Shown in pieces: positions 29,201-44,200 of a stretch of 64,000 bases of DNA. Position 1 is the first letter of the stretch. Each line of letters starts with the position of its first letter. The notes beneath the pieces were generated by a model that had not been told where the DNA came from, searched no databases, and saw only the letters and a list, made by a program, of their open reading frames with translations. The stretch comes from Epiperipatus broadwayi. Lineage: Eukaryota; Animalia; Onychophora. The translations under genes and the position numbers were made by a program. The DNA lies in assembly GCA_028023455.1 (NCBI GenBank), contig JAQFVV010000010.1:2294001-2358000 (forward strand), read 5' to 3'.

Positions 29201-32200
29201 ACACCACCAACATTATTATTATCATTATTATCTTGCTTATCATCATTATTCTTATTATTAAAAAGCATAAATAAATATATTCATGCCCATTGATGTGATA
29301 ATCCTCAATATATACATATACACACACGCCCATCTTATTCCATGTGCAATGATATTAGAAGACATTTATAGAATTCACATAATCAATCATCACCTATATA
29401 GAAGTATAATAATTGCTAATTAGTGTGATTTCATTCCCTGATAAAAAAAGTCAAAAGCAATTACTCCCTAAGTTTGAATACTGTGGTTTAATATAACGAA
29501 GCCAGAAAGGGGTGAGAACTGGATGAACTGACCCAAATTAAATCTAGGTTAATAAAAATGCGTAGACCCAGTCTATTGGAAGTAGATACAATCATAAGTT
29601 ATGTATTTTATCGCGTAATCATGTGCATCCTATCCGAAGACCGAAAGTCCGACCATAGTAAGATGTGCTCCACCCTCTGTCCTGGGTAAATCCCTGGCCC
29701 ATTACATTAAGGAAATAGCTAAGATCCTAATTATTATAACTCATAAAGGGTTATTTTTACACAATCCCTTTCCTTTCACCTTTCAAACAAAAATTGCCAT
29801 GCTGATAAGAGGAACAGATGGGGTAACACCACATTTAAAACCATAATTGCTGATTCAGAAGAGGAACTACAGAAAAAAAATTTTAAAGTATATAGTCAAC
29901 TCTGATAAATATATATGATATATTAAAAAAATAAAATTATTAGGTCATATTATTTAAGAACAAATAAAGCCTAATCCAGACAAAGTAGACAGATAAAAGT
30001 GCACAAAAACCAAAAAATATTAAAACGACTGCATTTCTTGGACTCATAAATTTCTTTGTAATGGAAAACACAGAACTTGGACAAATCACAAAAAGAAGCA
30101 TTTCAGAAAGTCAAAGATCTGTTAAACACATTGAGATACTTATTGGTTGTTTGATAATAACTTGTATAAAAACCTTGACAACTGTCACATCAGAGTATGG
30201 AATTTAGTTGTAATTAACTACCTCTCCCACAATAGTAATCGTTCAATAGCTTACATGTCAAAAACAATGCCAATATCTGGGGAAAAAATTACAACTAATT
30301 AAATGAAGAAGTACTACCTATTATTTGTGCTGATAAAAAATTCTATCAGTATCATTATGGTCATCCATTCAAAATACATAATAGATCATCAATCATTAAT
30401 GAGAATATTCTCTAATAAAAAGACAGCACCTGAACACATATGTCCACAAATGTTGGATTGCTATACTAAATTGTATGCATACAATTATGAATTAGAATTT
30501 GAACCAGGAATTCAAATAAAGCATGCATATGCCCTCTTGTAGGTACAAAATGCAACCACAAAAGTAGAAGATATAACAATAAATCTTATTGATAGCTGAA
30601 AACTAAACCTAATAAACAATCAAACTGTAGCAGTATGTTCAAAAGCTGATCCTGGTTACCAAATACTACAAAAATGGATAAAAAATAGTTGGCCTAATAA
30701 ATGACCAGAAAATCTCCATAAATCTTTATGGAGTTTACTTAAAAAAATGTCAAAAAATAATTTATTTTAGTAGCCAAAAAAATAATAATACCAAATCAAA
30801 GATGCTCTTATGTATTGGAGTTACTCCACAATGATTATCCTGGCATAGTATAAGCAAAAGTATTATGCTTATAGTTGGATATGACATTGGATCCTATCAG
30901 AGAGTAACAATTATTGATAAATGTTCCACTGAAGAAATTTATTCCAGAAGTCCCAAGAAGGGAAAGAAGTTGAAGGATAATATGCTTAACATTAAATGTT
31001 TATAAAGCACATACTAAGCTAAAAATATAATAATGAAAAACCTTCACATAGATTAATAATCACTTCAAAGAACAAGACTTTCATATAATAAAAAAATGAC
31101 TTTGCACCAGATCAGCAAAACAATAGGAATAATTGGCTTTACCTAGTTAATCCCCACTGAAGATTCAGAAAGAGGATATAGAACTCAATTTACTAGTCTA
31201 CCTGGTCTTTAAGTTTCATAGACGTCCAAGTCTCATAATGATAACTCTGATAAATACAGTAAATAGCAAACATTATACAGATTTATAGTAATATGTAAAT
31301 ATGTGTATTTCCAATTAATGCAAGAATTATTGTTGTTAATGTACTGTTTATTATTTATAATTGACTAGTTGAAAGTAAAAATCACTTCAATTCATTTTGG
31401 AGTTTTGTTATTTACTCTATGTGTTGTTTAAATCCATCATTTCAGCTATTACCATTTAAATGTTACATCTCAAACTAAACATAAATAAATCATGTTAGAA
31501 AATTAACTTTATGAATAAAATTAAAATAAAACTTTTAAACTATAGCTACTATTTTAAGTAAATAGAAATTAACTGTATTCTAAGTGATTAAAATGTTAAC
31601 ATAATGTTGGTAAAATATTTTTATAAAAAAGTCTGATGTTTCAACTGCAATTATATTATCAATGCCATGAAAATTAAGAATAATAACAAAATAAAAATCA
31701 ATGTAAACAAAACTTCATCTAAATCAATGATATTGTTAAAAAATAAAATGCTTTTTTTATATACTTTTATTGTAAAAAATAAAATAGTAAATTTAAAAAA
31801 ATTCAGTTAGTTTCATTTGAAAATTGATTGTGAAATTTTAAGCTCTGAATCTGGAATTGTACTATTGATCTAAATTGTACAGAGCAGTAACTGATCTGAT
31901 AGTGGGTCACAAAGGAATGAAATATACATGTTGTTTGTGAATGCTCTATATTGTTTATATATTGTGTTTGTCTGAAAGTTTGTGACAATAATACTTTAAT
32001 TGTAATATTAATACAAAAAGAAATATAATGAATAAAATTAATCATCGAATCAAACTTGGATAAATTGCTTTTGATAGAAATAATTTAGTATTAAAAAGAA
32101 ATATGTTTTATGTATTTGAAAACTTTTTAATAAAATGTATTTTACTAGCTCTTACTTTTAGATCTGAGGCATGGACAATTAATTGAAGAGAAATACAGAA

Positions 32201-35200
32201 AGTTCAGACTATTCAACAAAGTATAGAAAGGGGTATATTAGGGATAACAAAAAGAACTAAAAATGAAATACATGGATGAGAGAACAAGAGATCAGAAAAA
32301 CTGATTAAATTTGAAGAGACCATCCTATAATAGATTGATAATAGTTAAAAACTGATAATGGTTGAAAATATGATATGTTTGACTGATCATCTACTATTAA
32401 TTGTTAAATATTTTTAAAAAAATTCAAACTTTATTTAAACTTTTCAAATTCATTCAACTATTAGAAAAAACAACAAGTTAATGTATTTGAAAAGTTTAAA
32501 TAAAGTTTGAATTTTTCTAAAAATATTTAATAATTATCATTAAATAATGATAATAGTCCAATATATAATTAGAATCATTTGTATATATTTTTAAATGTAC
32601 TTTTTAAATAATTTTTATTCATTATCTGAGTTCAAGAAAATCCATGGATAAATAATTGCAGAATTTAAAAATTATTCGTACTTAGATGAAGCATAAAATA
32701 TAATTGAAGTATCATGACAGAATATCTAACTATAGAATGATCTATTATATTATAAATAATTCAATGATTATCATTTGTGAGATCAAGTGATGTTTGAGCA
32801 CCAAATTGACAAAATTGAGCTTGAATATGATTATTCATCTCTTTATTTTAAAGCATCAGTTGCAACGTTTGAGTAATTAATGGAAATTAATGGTAATGCT
32901 ATTATATTCATATTCCCAGATGAGTTTTTGATCTATAGTCTTCAATAGTGAGGAGTCTAATCATAATTCTTCTTGAAAAAGCCATAGGCCAAAAACTGGG
33001 AGTATTACCAGTTAATAACTACTGAATTATTCAAGCTTACAATATATAATTTTGTAATAAAGATAGAGAATCATTGCTCCTTGAAATAGATGCTAAATGT
33101 AAAAAAAACAAAGTCATGTAATATTTTATTGATATAACTAATCATTATATATTAAATAAATATCTTATTCATAAATTCATTTAAAGATATAAAGAAAATA
33201 TTAGTATATTTAAATAAAAGAATTACTTTACGATCTGCTATGTACAATGCTTCAGCTAATTTGGCAAAGTTTTCATTAATGTGAGTAGGTTGCAATCCTC
33301 TACCATCTGCAGCTAAACGTTTATCAAGAGGAATAGTATAACCCTGTAACAAAAAATGAACAAAAATAAGCAAAAAATTGTAATTAGCTTTATAACAATT
33401 AATTAATGATGTTAGGCATGGCAAAATAAACTGTAGCAAAAAAATTATTTACTATCTTAAAAGTTAAAATGGGAAATATTCTTTGCTAATACTTCAATTA
33501 AAAAAAACTTTTGAAATTTTCTTTCAATAATTTATCATCAATATTTAATAAAATCCATTAGGCTATTTTTAAAAAAAATTCTGCTAGTTATGATTATTAA
33601 GTAAGTTCTATCATTTCATGAAAGAAGATTAAAATTATGCGCAACTGTATACATAGTTTGTGCTTACAGCTAGCTGATTAGACATGACAGCATTTTTGAA
33701 GTACTTTTAATACAAATATAATTTAGACAATGTAACACTTTCTGAGCTGATTAAGATTTGTAATAAAGATTCTAAAGAACCCAAGCCATCCAATTATTGA
33801 TTAGAAAATGAATGCTTAGTTATTCTTAGCTGAAAAGTTAAGTCTCTAATCTGGGTTTATTATATAAGCAGTACATACAAATATAGGCTTTATAATTCAA
33901 GCATAATAAAAAATTTTACATTTCAAAATAATATGATTTTCTAATTCTTACCTTAGCATTTTTCCAATTGGATATGCAAGGGGGGATTTTCCATTCTTGC
34001 TGTTCTTTAACTGTTACCTATATATATACACACACACATACAATTATTCAATAAAAACTGAAAACTTATTAAACTAAACATAAGTTAAGCAAGGAGACAA
34101 TAAATATTTTACCTTTCTGCTGGGGGAATGCATAACTGGAGCAGGTGGTGATGGTGGTCCTCGGGGAATTTTTTTATTAATTCTAGAAGATATAATACAA
34201 AGTTGGTTTTTTTCCCCCAATAATTAGATATTATGCATATTACTTTTCAGATGATTTCAATGATTAAAATTTTATTCATAAATATACATGCAATATTTTG
34301 CATCAAAAAAAAATTCAATTATATACCTAAATTTTGGAGGTTCCATTGGATCTCTCTGAGCTTCAACCATTCTGATAACTCTCTGCTTAGCCCCAGAATT
34401 AAAAGCAATTCCTTGCTGAGATGGGGTATATCTAAAAATTATATACAAAAACAAATAATTGAAAAACATTGCAGTCAGATAAGCATAAAAGTAAAACAGA
34501 TAATAGTTATATATGAATTATCTAACTGCTGTATTATGAGCTATGAAAACATAAGCCTCATAACACCAATTTCTCTATTGATCCCATTAAGTTTTCAAGA
34601 GGGGAATAGCTCGTATAAACGCAAGTTCTTTATTTTATTATAATTGAATATATTAAATCAAAAATAAATTGTGTTCAAGAATTTTTTTCTTTCTTCCAAT
34701 CATAATTATGAAATCTTAGATAAATACAATATTCATAACTTGAAAAGAATATCATTTTTTAAAATAAATAATTATTTAAATAATAAAAAATTGAATAAGT
34801 CAAACTATACAACAAAAATGATATAGCAATCTCATTATCACTTGACTATACTCTCTTTAAATATTTTTATATTAACTCTACTTGCTGTTATACATTAAAT
34901 TCTTCAAACTTTAAGCTAATGCAATTCAAGCATGTTTTATAATTTATTTATTTTTTGGGGTCACTATTAAATGCTAGATTTTATTTTATTGCTTGAAAAA
35001 TCTACAAATTTTCTTAAATTTCATAAAACTTTTAGATTTATGTTTAGAAACATCTTATTATATGAAATATTGTTTTCTAAATAGTTTGGTTTTTTTCTAT
35101 TTATTGTCATTCATATAATTATTTTCCTCACTGTGTGCTTCTCCCCAACCCATTATTTCATATTTCTCAAGACTGTTTTGGGAAAATGAAAAAGTGAATC

Positions 35201-38200
35201 ATAACATGTAACTTGAATAAAAGTTAATAAACATGATTGTACATGAAGCTTAGAGGTGGAAAAATGGCTGCTGCTGTATTATAAAATTTATTAATTTTAA
35301 TGTTTCTATTTTTTATTAATTTAGATTTTTTTTTGTTTGTTTACACTTTTGGGAATGGGTGGGATAGCATATAATTGAAGTAGTGTATATTGTGGCTTCA
35401 CTGTATTAAAATATAAAATAAAAAAAATATTTCAAGTAATTTACCTGATATATTGGGCAGGGAGGATTTTTTCTGCATGACGAACTGGCATTGCAGCAGA
35501 AATTTTATTATGAGTAATTCTCTCCAAAGCTAAACGTGTTTTTTCTGTGATCTTATAAAAAGAAAAAAAAAATTATACATGCAAATTAATTTAAATAATT
35601 TTAAAAACAACCTTTTTCTTATCCCTATATACTAACTTCTTTTACATCTTCGTCATTAGGTTTCTGAAGTTCAGGATCATTTTCACTTGTTATTTCAGAT
35701 GGCAGAAGATCTTGAAGTTTGGAGTAAATTATTTTGTCTTTACTATGGCCTTGACGTGCGATAACATCATACTTAATTTTGCTTTGAGCATCTAATTGCA
35801 CAGCCAAAACGTTTGGTTTTTCTCTTTCAACTTGACGCCCCATATCTAATGGAAACTGTGCAACATGAATTTCTGGAAATGCACCTCCATCTCCATAATC
35901 CTAGAGAAAAAGAAAAACAAAATCAAATATTTAAAATATTTTTATTTTTCTGTTACATATTTTTCACTTACAAATGTTGCTAAAAATTTTCCTTTTTTAA
36001 TAAATGAGTAGTTAATAATGAAAAATATATAGTATTTGTACATACGTACAATTATGTACAAAAAAAGAGAAAAGCATTATATTTTGTATTTATGAAAGAA
36101 AAGCATGATTTTCATCATGTGCAACTATATTCATAGATATGTACAAATTTTATTTATTTACTATATACTAGCATATATATTCTAGTTAATAAAAGGAAGA
36201 AGTTAGGACAAATACTAAGCTAATATAAAAAGCGTCAGAGACTCTTAATAATAATATCTCCACCATTTTAACGATGACGAAATCCTAGGGCTAAGCTCAG
36301 TGGATTATTAGTTATAGTAAAATTTACTACAGAGATATGCATTAAAATACAAGAAAATTTAAACTAATGATAAATACATATTATTATAATGTAGACAAAT
36401 AAATTTAAAAAAGGAGAAACCTCACTCATTCTTATACACTACTTTTCAAATCAAGCAACTTTCCCCATATTAAAATGCATTCCCCAAGTAGTATAAGTAT
36501 TTGAATGTGATATAAAATCTTATAATGAATTTCTTTTATTATATTTTCTTGAAATATCTTAAGAAACAAATATTAATCATCAATCCATTTCATTGCCATG
36601 ATCTGATCTAACATACTCTTCTTAGAGTAAAAGCCAATGTACTTTTCTTATAGTACAATAAACTATAATTGGTTTCTTAGTGCCACACTATTGACTTTTG
36701 CAATAATAAAATTAATTTGAATAATCATGAAATAATATATGACCTCCGGGTTCTTTCTTTACTAATTTTGAATATTAATCATCATATCATATTGTTGAAT
36801 AAATGAATGACATCCTAGTAGATCAAAAGAGACATACACTTCTCTTATAAGCTAATGTATCCCAATATATTATAATAATAACAACAATTAATTAAATAAA
36901 TGTTTAATCTAACTAATAATCACCATATAAATTTGGAAAAATCAGTCTTTCTCCCAGGATGACATTCGAGTATTTAGAAAGAAAGGGTACCTTTTATATC
37001 ATTCTAATACTCATCAACAACAAATTTAATATCAATTTCTAAAATATTATATTTTTTGTTTGTGAAATAATAAATAATATGCAGTCTGAAATGTATAACG
37101 ACTTCAAAATAAAATCCAACAAATATTTGATTATTTCAAATGCAACTCCAATCTATACTTGTGCAACTTTTGCATTTTTAAGTTTGGATCTGTGTCTTAT
37201 AAATTGATTTACCAAGATTTCTGTAACATAATTAAGAATTCAGCACTCAAGAAATCATATATAGAAAACAAAGACTAAATTCTAATAATAATAATAAATA
37301 CATTTATTGACATTTAACATCACATTTACATTTTACGAAATTTATTTACATCTTTTTGCCAAAGAAAGGTCATCTACAAACATAGGCACTATTTTATTGT
37401 ACAAGATGCGATAATAATAATTGATAAAATAATTGCCTACACACTTTCAAAAATCCTTGATTATTTATACAAATATTTGGGTGATTTATTTTATGATACA
37501 CTCATTTTAAAGTAAGGCTACTTCACTATTCTGCTAACTTACTTTTAAGATATTTTTCAAGCTATGCTATTTTTATAAAATCATTTACTAAACAGCTTTC
37601 AAAATATAATAAAACAAAAATATATCTAAGATATACTTTTATGTCCAGTAAGCTACTATTGCTTATCATATTAACTTATAATATTCTATTGATAGTATTT
37701 ACAAAACACATTAAAATTATAAAAACTTAAATCCTAACTGACAGATAGTTGAATTATTACCAGCAAAATGTAATGATAATATTAATTATCATACAAAACG
37801 CAAATAAGACAATTACTATCTAGAAGTATTTACTTAACAATAAAAATATAAGAAAAACTTCAGAAGCCACACACACAACATACTAGATTTTGCCCATGTC
37901 CACATAATAAATTATTTAAACTCTTTAATTGTCTTATCAATCCATAATAATATTTTGTTCATGTGTCTTTTAGATTGCTTGATGGGGATTATTCTAAAGT
38001 AAATTAATTGAACAAGGTTATAAATCTCCTAAAAAAATCTTTCTAGTTATTTATGTATACATTTTTTAAAAAAAGTTTTTGCCTCAAGATGCAGATAATT
38101 CAGAATCACATGTAAGACAGTTTTAAGACATAATTTTTATGTAACAATCATAATTAAATAAATCAACTTCATACTCTTAATAGTATCAGAGTTATAATAA

Positions 38201-41200
38201 GAACATATTATTAACGTGTCAGGTTAAATAATTATCAAATCACTGTTTGGGGAAAAAATAGTAATTTTCCTTAAATTAAAAGAATATCAGATTTTGATAA
38301 TTCAATACTTAGAGCACAGACTACATAAAAATATTGTTAAATCTATATATATACACTTTAAAAAAAGATAACTTATAATAATTGTTAATATGTAACTTAA
38401 TACACTGTACAGGCTTACACACACCTGCACATATAATGTAATATATAAGGGATTCAAACTCAGACTTTCACATGGCCCTCAACTCTCCATGCCATCTCAT
38501 ATTGCTGACCCATCTCAAAATTTGGACTTGATTATTCTACAAAATTTAAACGTATATAAGATTTGTAACATAATATTGTAAGTATTTTTTCATCTAGCAA
38601 TATTCTGATTAAACATATTATTCACCCACAGTAATAATATGATTTATTTCAACAGTGATATGAAATTGTATATACTGTTGAATATATTTCAATTAATTAG
38701 TTCAATTATTCTATAATAAAGATACAATCAAAAAAATAAAAATTTTACTTCAAAGATAATCCAATAAATAAAATTGTGTACATATTTTAATTAGCCATCT
38801 AAGTTTCCAAATAGGTAAACTAGTTGAGAGTTTAACTATTTATATATATATAAATATGAATACTTATTCATAAAAAGATGTTTTACACATAATTTTATTT
38901 ATTACTTTAATACAAATTGTTTAATTTGTGAGATAATCCACTATTTAAATTTATTATCTGTTGTGAGAAAAATGTTCAATATTATTAATGTTAACCATTT
39001 CTTTTGGTCTCATAAGACCACTAAATGGAATGTCACTGCTTGTTCCATTTTGTTTACTTTTTCTGGACTGATGTTATTTTATAGTCATACATTCAGTCTA
39101 GATTTGTCCTGTTTAACAATTTATTTTTAATGATAATCTATATTTCAGTTTTATTTTTGTTCTTATATATCATGTCTAATGAGGGAATAAGCAAATCTCT
39201 GAATTTACTCACTTTTTGCATAATGCAATATGAATTTTTCACATTGTTTTTGTCAAGTTGAAAGTAAAGTTTTAATTAAATGTTTTAAAGTTCATTGTTT
39301 CATTTCAAATATATTTTTGCATTATTTCAAATATTTTTATTAATAAAAATAATAGATACTGTATTTTACTTTTGGATATTCTAATATATTTTAAGAATCA
39401 AACAAACAAACATACTGATGCTGGAAAAAAATTGCCATTAGTTGAGGGCTTAAATATAAGTCATTGAAGTTTTTTATTTCTCAATACAAGTTAAATATTT
39501 TCACAACTTTTAAATTTATTTTGTTTTGTTTTTTATTATTTTTACAAACATGTAAAATAATAATTATTACAAAAAATAATTTAATTTTGCTACAAACTCT
39601 ATTTAAATTGAAGATAACATGTATAAAAAATGAGAACATTTAAAGTATTGACTTAGTTATGTTTAATTTTGTGTGAAAATATTAATAAATTATTATTTAG
39701 CTAAAATTTCAGTATCAGTGTTCCCTTTATCAAAATGAAGGGATTAAGACTTGATGAATACTTTTCAAAAGCAAATTTTGTTTTCTCATAATTACTTAAA
39801 ATCATACAATATCAAGATCCTCGTTCTATGCTAATTTAACCTTGATTCCTTAAGTAGTCTATGAATGGTAAAATATTACTAAAATATGTTTAGTTTAATT
39901 TCAGAATGCCTTTAATCTGATGGTACCTAGGATAATTTATCAATTTAACCAATAACCCATCTATTTCTAAGTACTATGATACAAGTACACAAACTGATCA
40001 TTACTATAAATATATATTGAAGCAGACAATCTTAGCTTAAGATTGAGCTTCATGATGTTATCTACTAACCTGTGTTTAAACCCTATATCCCATCCCGCTC
40101 CTTTAGTCGTGTATATATATTTTATGTATATATTTGAGATGTGCGTCTAAAATTTATAAAGTTTAACTTTCCAATATTTATTATTATTAATTTTTTAATT
40201 TTTATTAATTCTTCTTTATTATAGGTGCAGCTCAAATATATATATTATAGGAGCAAAAATACAAACAAAACATTAGTTTTATAAACATTTTATTATACGT
40301 CATTTTAAAACTTTTTCTGTTTAAATTGTTTTTTTCTATTAAATTGTATATTTTTCTAAAATCCAAGATGGAAGATGCAACCATTAATTGTCCAAAAATA
40401 ATTAAAGGGTTGGAAATATAATATTGTTTTAGTCTTGGGAAGGAATTTTTAATTAAAATTTTTACTTAAAATAAAATGGGGATTAAGATTAAAGATTTTG
40501 CTTTAGTATAAACATTTTTGTCAAATCTGTTTTCAGTCTGAAAATAAATTTGAATTTATTTTGGACAGTTATCTGATGATTGCATCTTCAAACAATGAAC
40601 AAAGAAAACTTAAGATTTTAGATTAAAGATTAGATTTGAGCTAGAAATAAATTGAAAGCATTCCAGAAATACCTGAGCAGTATATAAAATGGGCTAATTT
40701 TAATCACAGACAGGAGCTACTATTGAGAGAACTGTGCTATCATAACCCACGCTGTTTTGTAATATAAAAATGAAGATGGAGTAGACGCCAATCACCTTTC
40801 TGACCCTTGTGGGTCTTTTTCCCACTATTGTACCATTTAATTGCTGCCCTGAAATAATGAAAAAGCCTAAAGAAGGAATTCTGGAATGCTAAATAGAAGC
40901 TTGCTGTCACCAAGAAGAATTCACATGCATCCATTAAATGCCATACTTTGAAATGGACTCTTAAATTGTGCAAGGTAAATCAGTATCTCATACCGCCTGA
41001 AAGTAAATCTAGCCTAACTAATCGCAAACTCTATTATAAAGATTTCTCCTAATGTGTGATTTAACTTTGTAACTTTTCTAATATGTATTTTGCTCTCAAA
41101 TAATTTCTATAAATTTAATTCTCTCTCATATGCTCTAACTTTGTTTAACTTTGGTGCGGTCAATTATTTATATGTAATTATTACTTGATTTTACATGTAT

Positions 41201-44200
41201 GCTTTTATTATTAATATGCCAATCTCAAGCAAACTGACGAGTTGAATTTCTAAAATCTTTTTTTTCTTCTTTTTAATTAAACTTCCATGAAGTAAGGTTA
41301 TTAACATCCCCATAAAATATAATGTATGATAAATTAATATGTTCGCCAGATTGTTTTTACGAATCAACATTTTAGGTTCATTTTTAGTATAAAAATTTGT
41401 TAACTCTGGATTCTACCCAGGGTGAATCCAGAACTCAAGCTAATTAACGCTCTGAAATCGTTTAAAATATTTATTCAATTCTGAAAGAGTGACTTATTAA
41501 TTGTTTTCTATATATAACTGCTAGTTATTTTCTATCTCCATACTCTTAAAATATCATATGCTTAAATATTCAGTTGTTGTAAAATCCATGATGATGGGAT
41601 TGAATTATTTTAAGTAGCAAAAAGGGAGGGGGTCAAATCTTAAGTATATTTTATTAAATGAAATCTTCCCTATATATAATAGTGGCATAGCATATTATTT
41701 ATCTAAATTATGGCATTCAAACAAGGGTCATTTATTTTTAAAGCAGTAAATCTTATTCAATATCGTTAGTGACATATATCCGTACTGAGTTACTGACATT
41801 CGGCCTTATCTTCGTGATTATATATATGTGCTTCTAATCTGGAGGTTGGGACAAGATCGAACCCATACCCAAACATTTCTCGTTATTTCCTGTCCCGTGG
41901 ATAGTTGATCTTCCCGGGACTTATTTCGTATAAAAAGGCCTCTGGCGGTGATTCCAGTATGCCTGGCACACGCTATGCTTATCCACTTTCCACGTATAAA
42001 AGGACTGCATGTGATGACATCCATGGAATGCCTATCCACATTTCTCTAAGCACTGCCCAAGAATGGGGGTCTTAGACTTCGTTTTCGTCCAGAAGCACGA
42101 GCCTTCTCTTTATTTCTTCGCCGAAGTCAGTACCACAAACTTCTTCATATTATTATTTCTTTTGCTTCATGACCCAGTTTTAATGCTCTAATATTAAAAT
42201 TGCGCTCTGTTCAAAATATATATAAATGGCAACTACTTCTAGTTTTATTAATTAAATTTATTTCAGTCTTATACAATCCCGCTGTCGTAATTTAGTATTT
42301 CTGTATTTAAGAGTATCTGCCTTGGGGAAAATCAAGCGTTCTGTCTTTTAAATGTTTTTTTTTTAATAAATATTTTGTCATAAAATTAAATGTAATTTTC
42401 AAATGTGTTTTATTTATTTTCACAACCGTAATGGAGTGAAAATAGTTTATATTATATCTGTAATGAACCCTAGAACGCTCCCCGAAATCATGTTAGTCAC
42501 CATGTTTCAGAACCGTAAATCAAAATATTAATGGCAATATTGTGTAATCTTTCTAATAATTGATTGGCATCTTAATACTGTACCCACCAAAGATGTGTGT
42601 TAATGTATATCTCTTATTTAATTAATAATAGCGTGATATATAATTATCTACCGTTTGGTAGATCGCTTGCTCATTCACCCACATACAATTAATTCGTAAT
42701 GTATATAATAATTTGTTATCATATTAAACTATTGTATTATCTAAACTTATATGAGTAGTTCGAATTTCCCTTTTCTCCACTTCCACACATACAACTACAT
42801 ATATGCATATTTTAATTTAGTTAATACTAAGTCTCATTGTCTTCTCTGCTCTGCTAGTGGGCCGGTTTTAAAATAAATTCTCGTGTGCCATCATTATATG
42901 TTATTCATTAAGTGTTTGATCTGGGGCTTATGGAGTGGGTTCGAATTCAGGTTGGTCCCTGATCTAAATCTCAGGCTTGACTGTTTTTGAAATATGTTTC
43001 ATTGAGTTCCAGCTCATGTTAGATGGTTCAACATGTTTTGACCGGCACAATATGCACTGTAGATATAAATTGTGTGCATATATATATATAACATGTATTG
43101 CAAATATGTATAATAGGCTTTCAACTAAAAATAATTAAAACAATAATTAATTTATCAATTTAACCAATAATCCATCTATTTCCAATCTATGATACATTAA
43201 CATACACATGCTAATCATTACTATAAATACATATGCACTGTAGATATAAATTGTATGCATATATATATAACATGTATTGCAAGTATGTATAATAGGCTTT
43301 CAACTAAAAATAATTAAAACAATAATTAATTTATCAATTTAACCAATAACCCATCTATTTCCAAGTACTGTGATACATTAACATACACATGCTGATCATT
43401 ATTATAAATATATATACACTGTAGGTATAAATTGTATGCATATATATATATAAAACATGTATTGCAAGTAGGTATAATAGGCTTTCAACTAAAAATAATT
43501 AAGACCTTGAAAAAACAAAAGCATCCACTTAATACATGAATTTAACTAATCCATATCTAAAAAAAAAGCACCTTATAATATCAAAACAGGCTTATTTCAA
43601 TTACAAAAAAAAAAGAAACTTATTCAGGACATGCTGAAAAAAAAAAAAATTATAAAATCATAATGAGAATATGTTTTATCCAAAATAAAATGTCTTTATC
43701 AGGATTATTTATAAGAATATCATAATTTCTTAATTTTTTTTATCAAACCTTTATTACAATAGAACTGTGAACTATGCTGTATCTAATTACACAACTTCAA
43801 TTATACAATATCCAAAAAAAAAATTAAACAAATAAATGAAAAAAAACCATTAAAATTCACAAATTTTATAATATTTGGCAGCAATTTTTCCTTCTCTTAG
43901 CATCTACATGATTATATATATTAATAAAATTTCTTCACTTTATGTTAAAAGCACAAACATTTTATTTTTATTTTATTATCTCTTCAGAATTTAATATGAT
44001 GTATTTTGTGTAATAAATTTATTTTCTGAGCCTAATATTAAAAGTTTTACAAAATTTTAGAACACATTAAAAGTTGATACTACTTTAAAAACGTCAAATA
44101 ATTAGAGATTCCAATTTCTCGATAACAAGATCACTATTATGTTCATATAAGAGAAAAAAGTTATTGAAAAATATATATTTCTTAGAACATATTTAAAAAC

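Noticed and set aside
34233-34643. 136-aa plus-strand ORF
   Set aside because: Antisense shadow of SNW1 exon 6 and flanking intron; no recognisable protein features.
41818-42039. ORF (PFIRGKWISIACARH) resembling a Polinton polymerase B motif or gypsy integrase start
   Set aside because: Only a few residues match and flanking motifs are absent; left unassigned.
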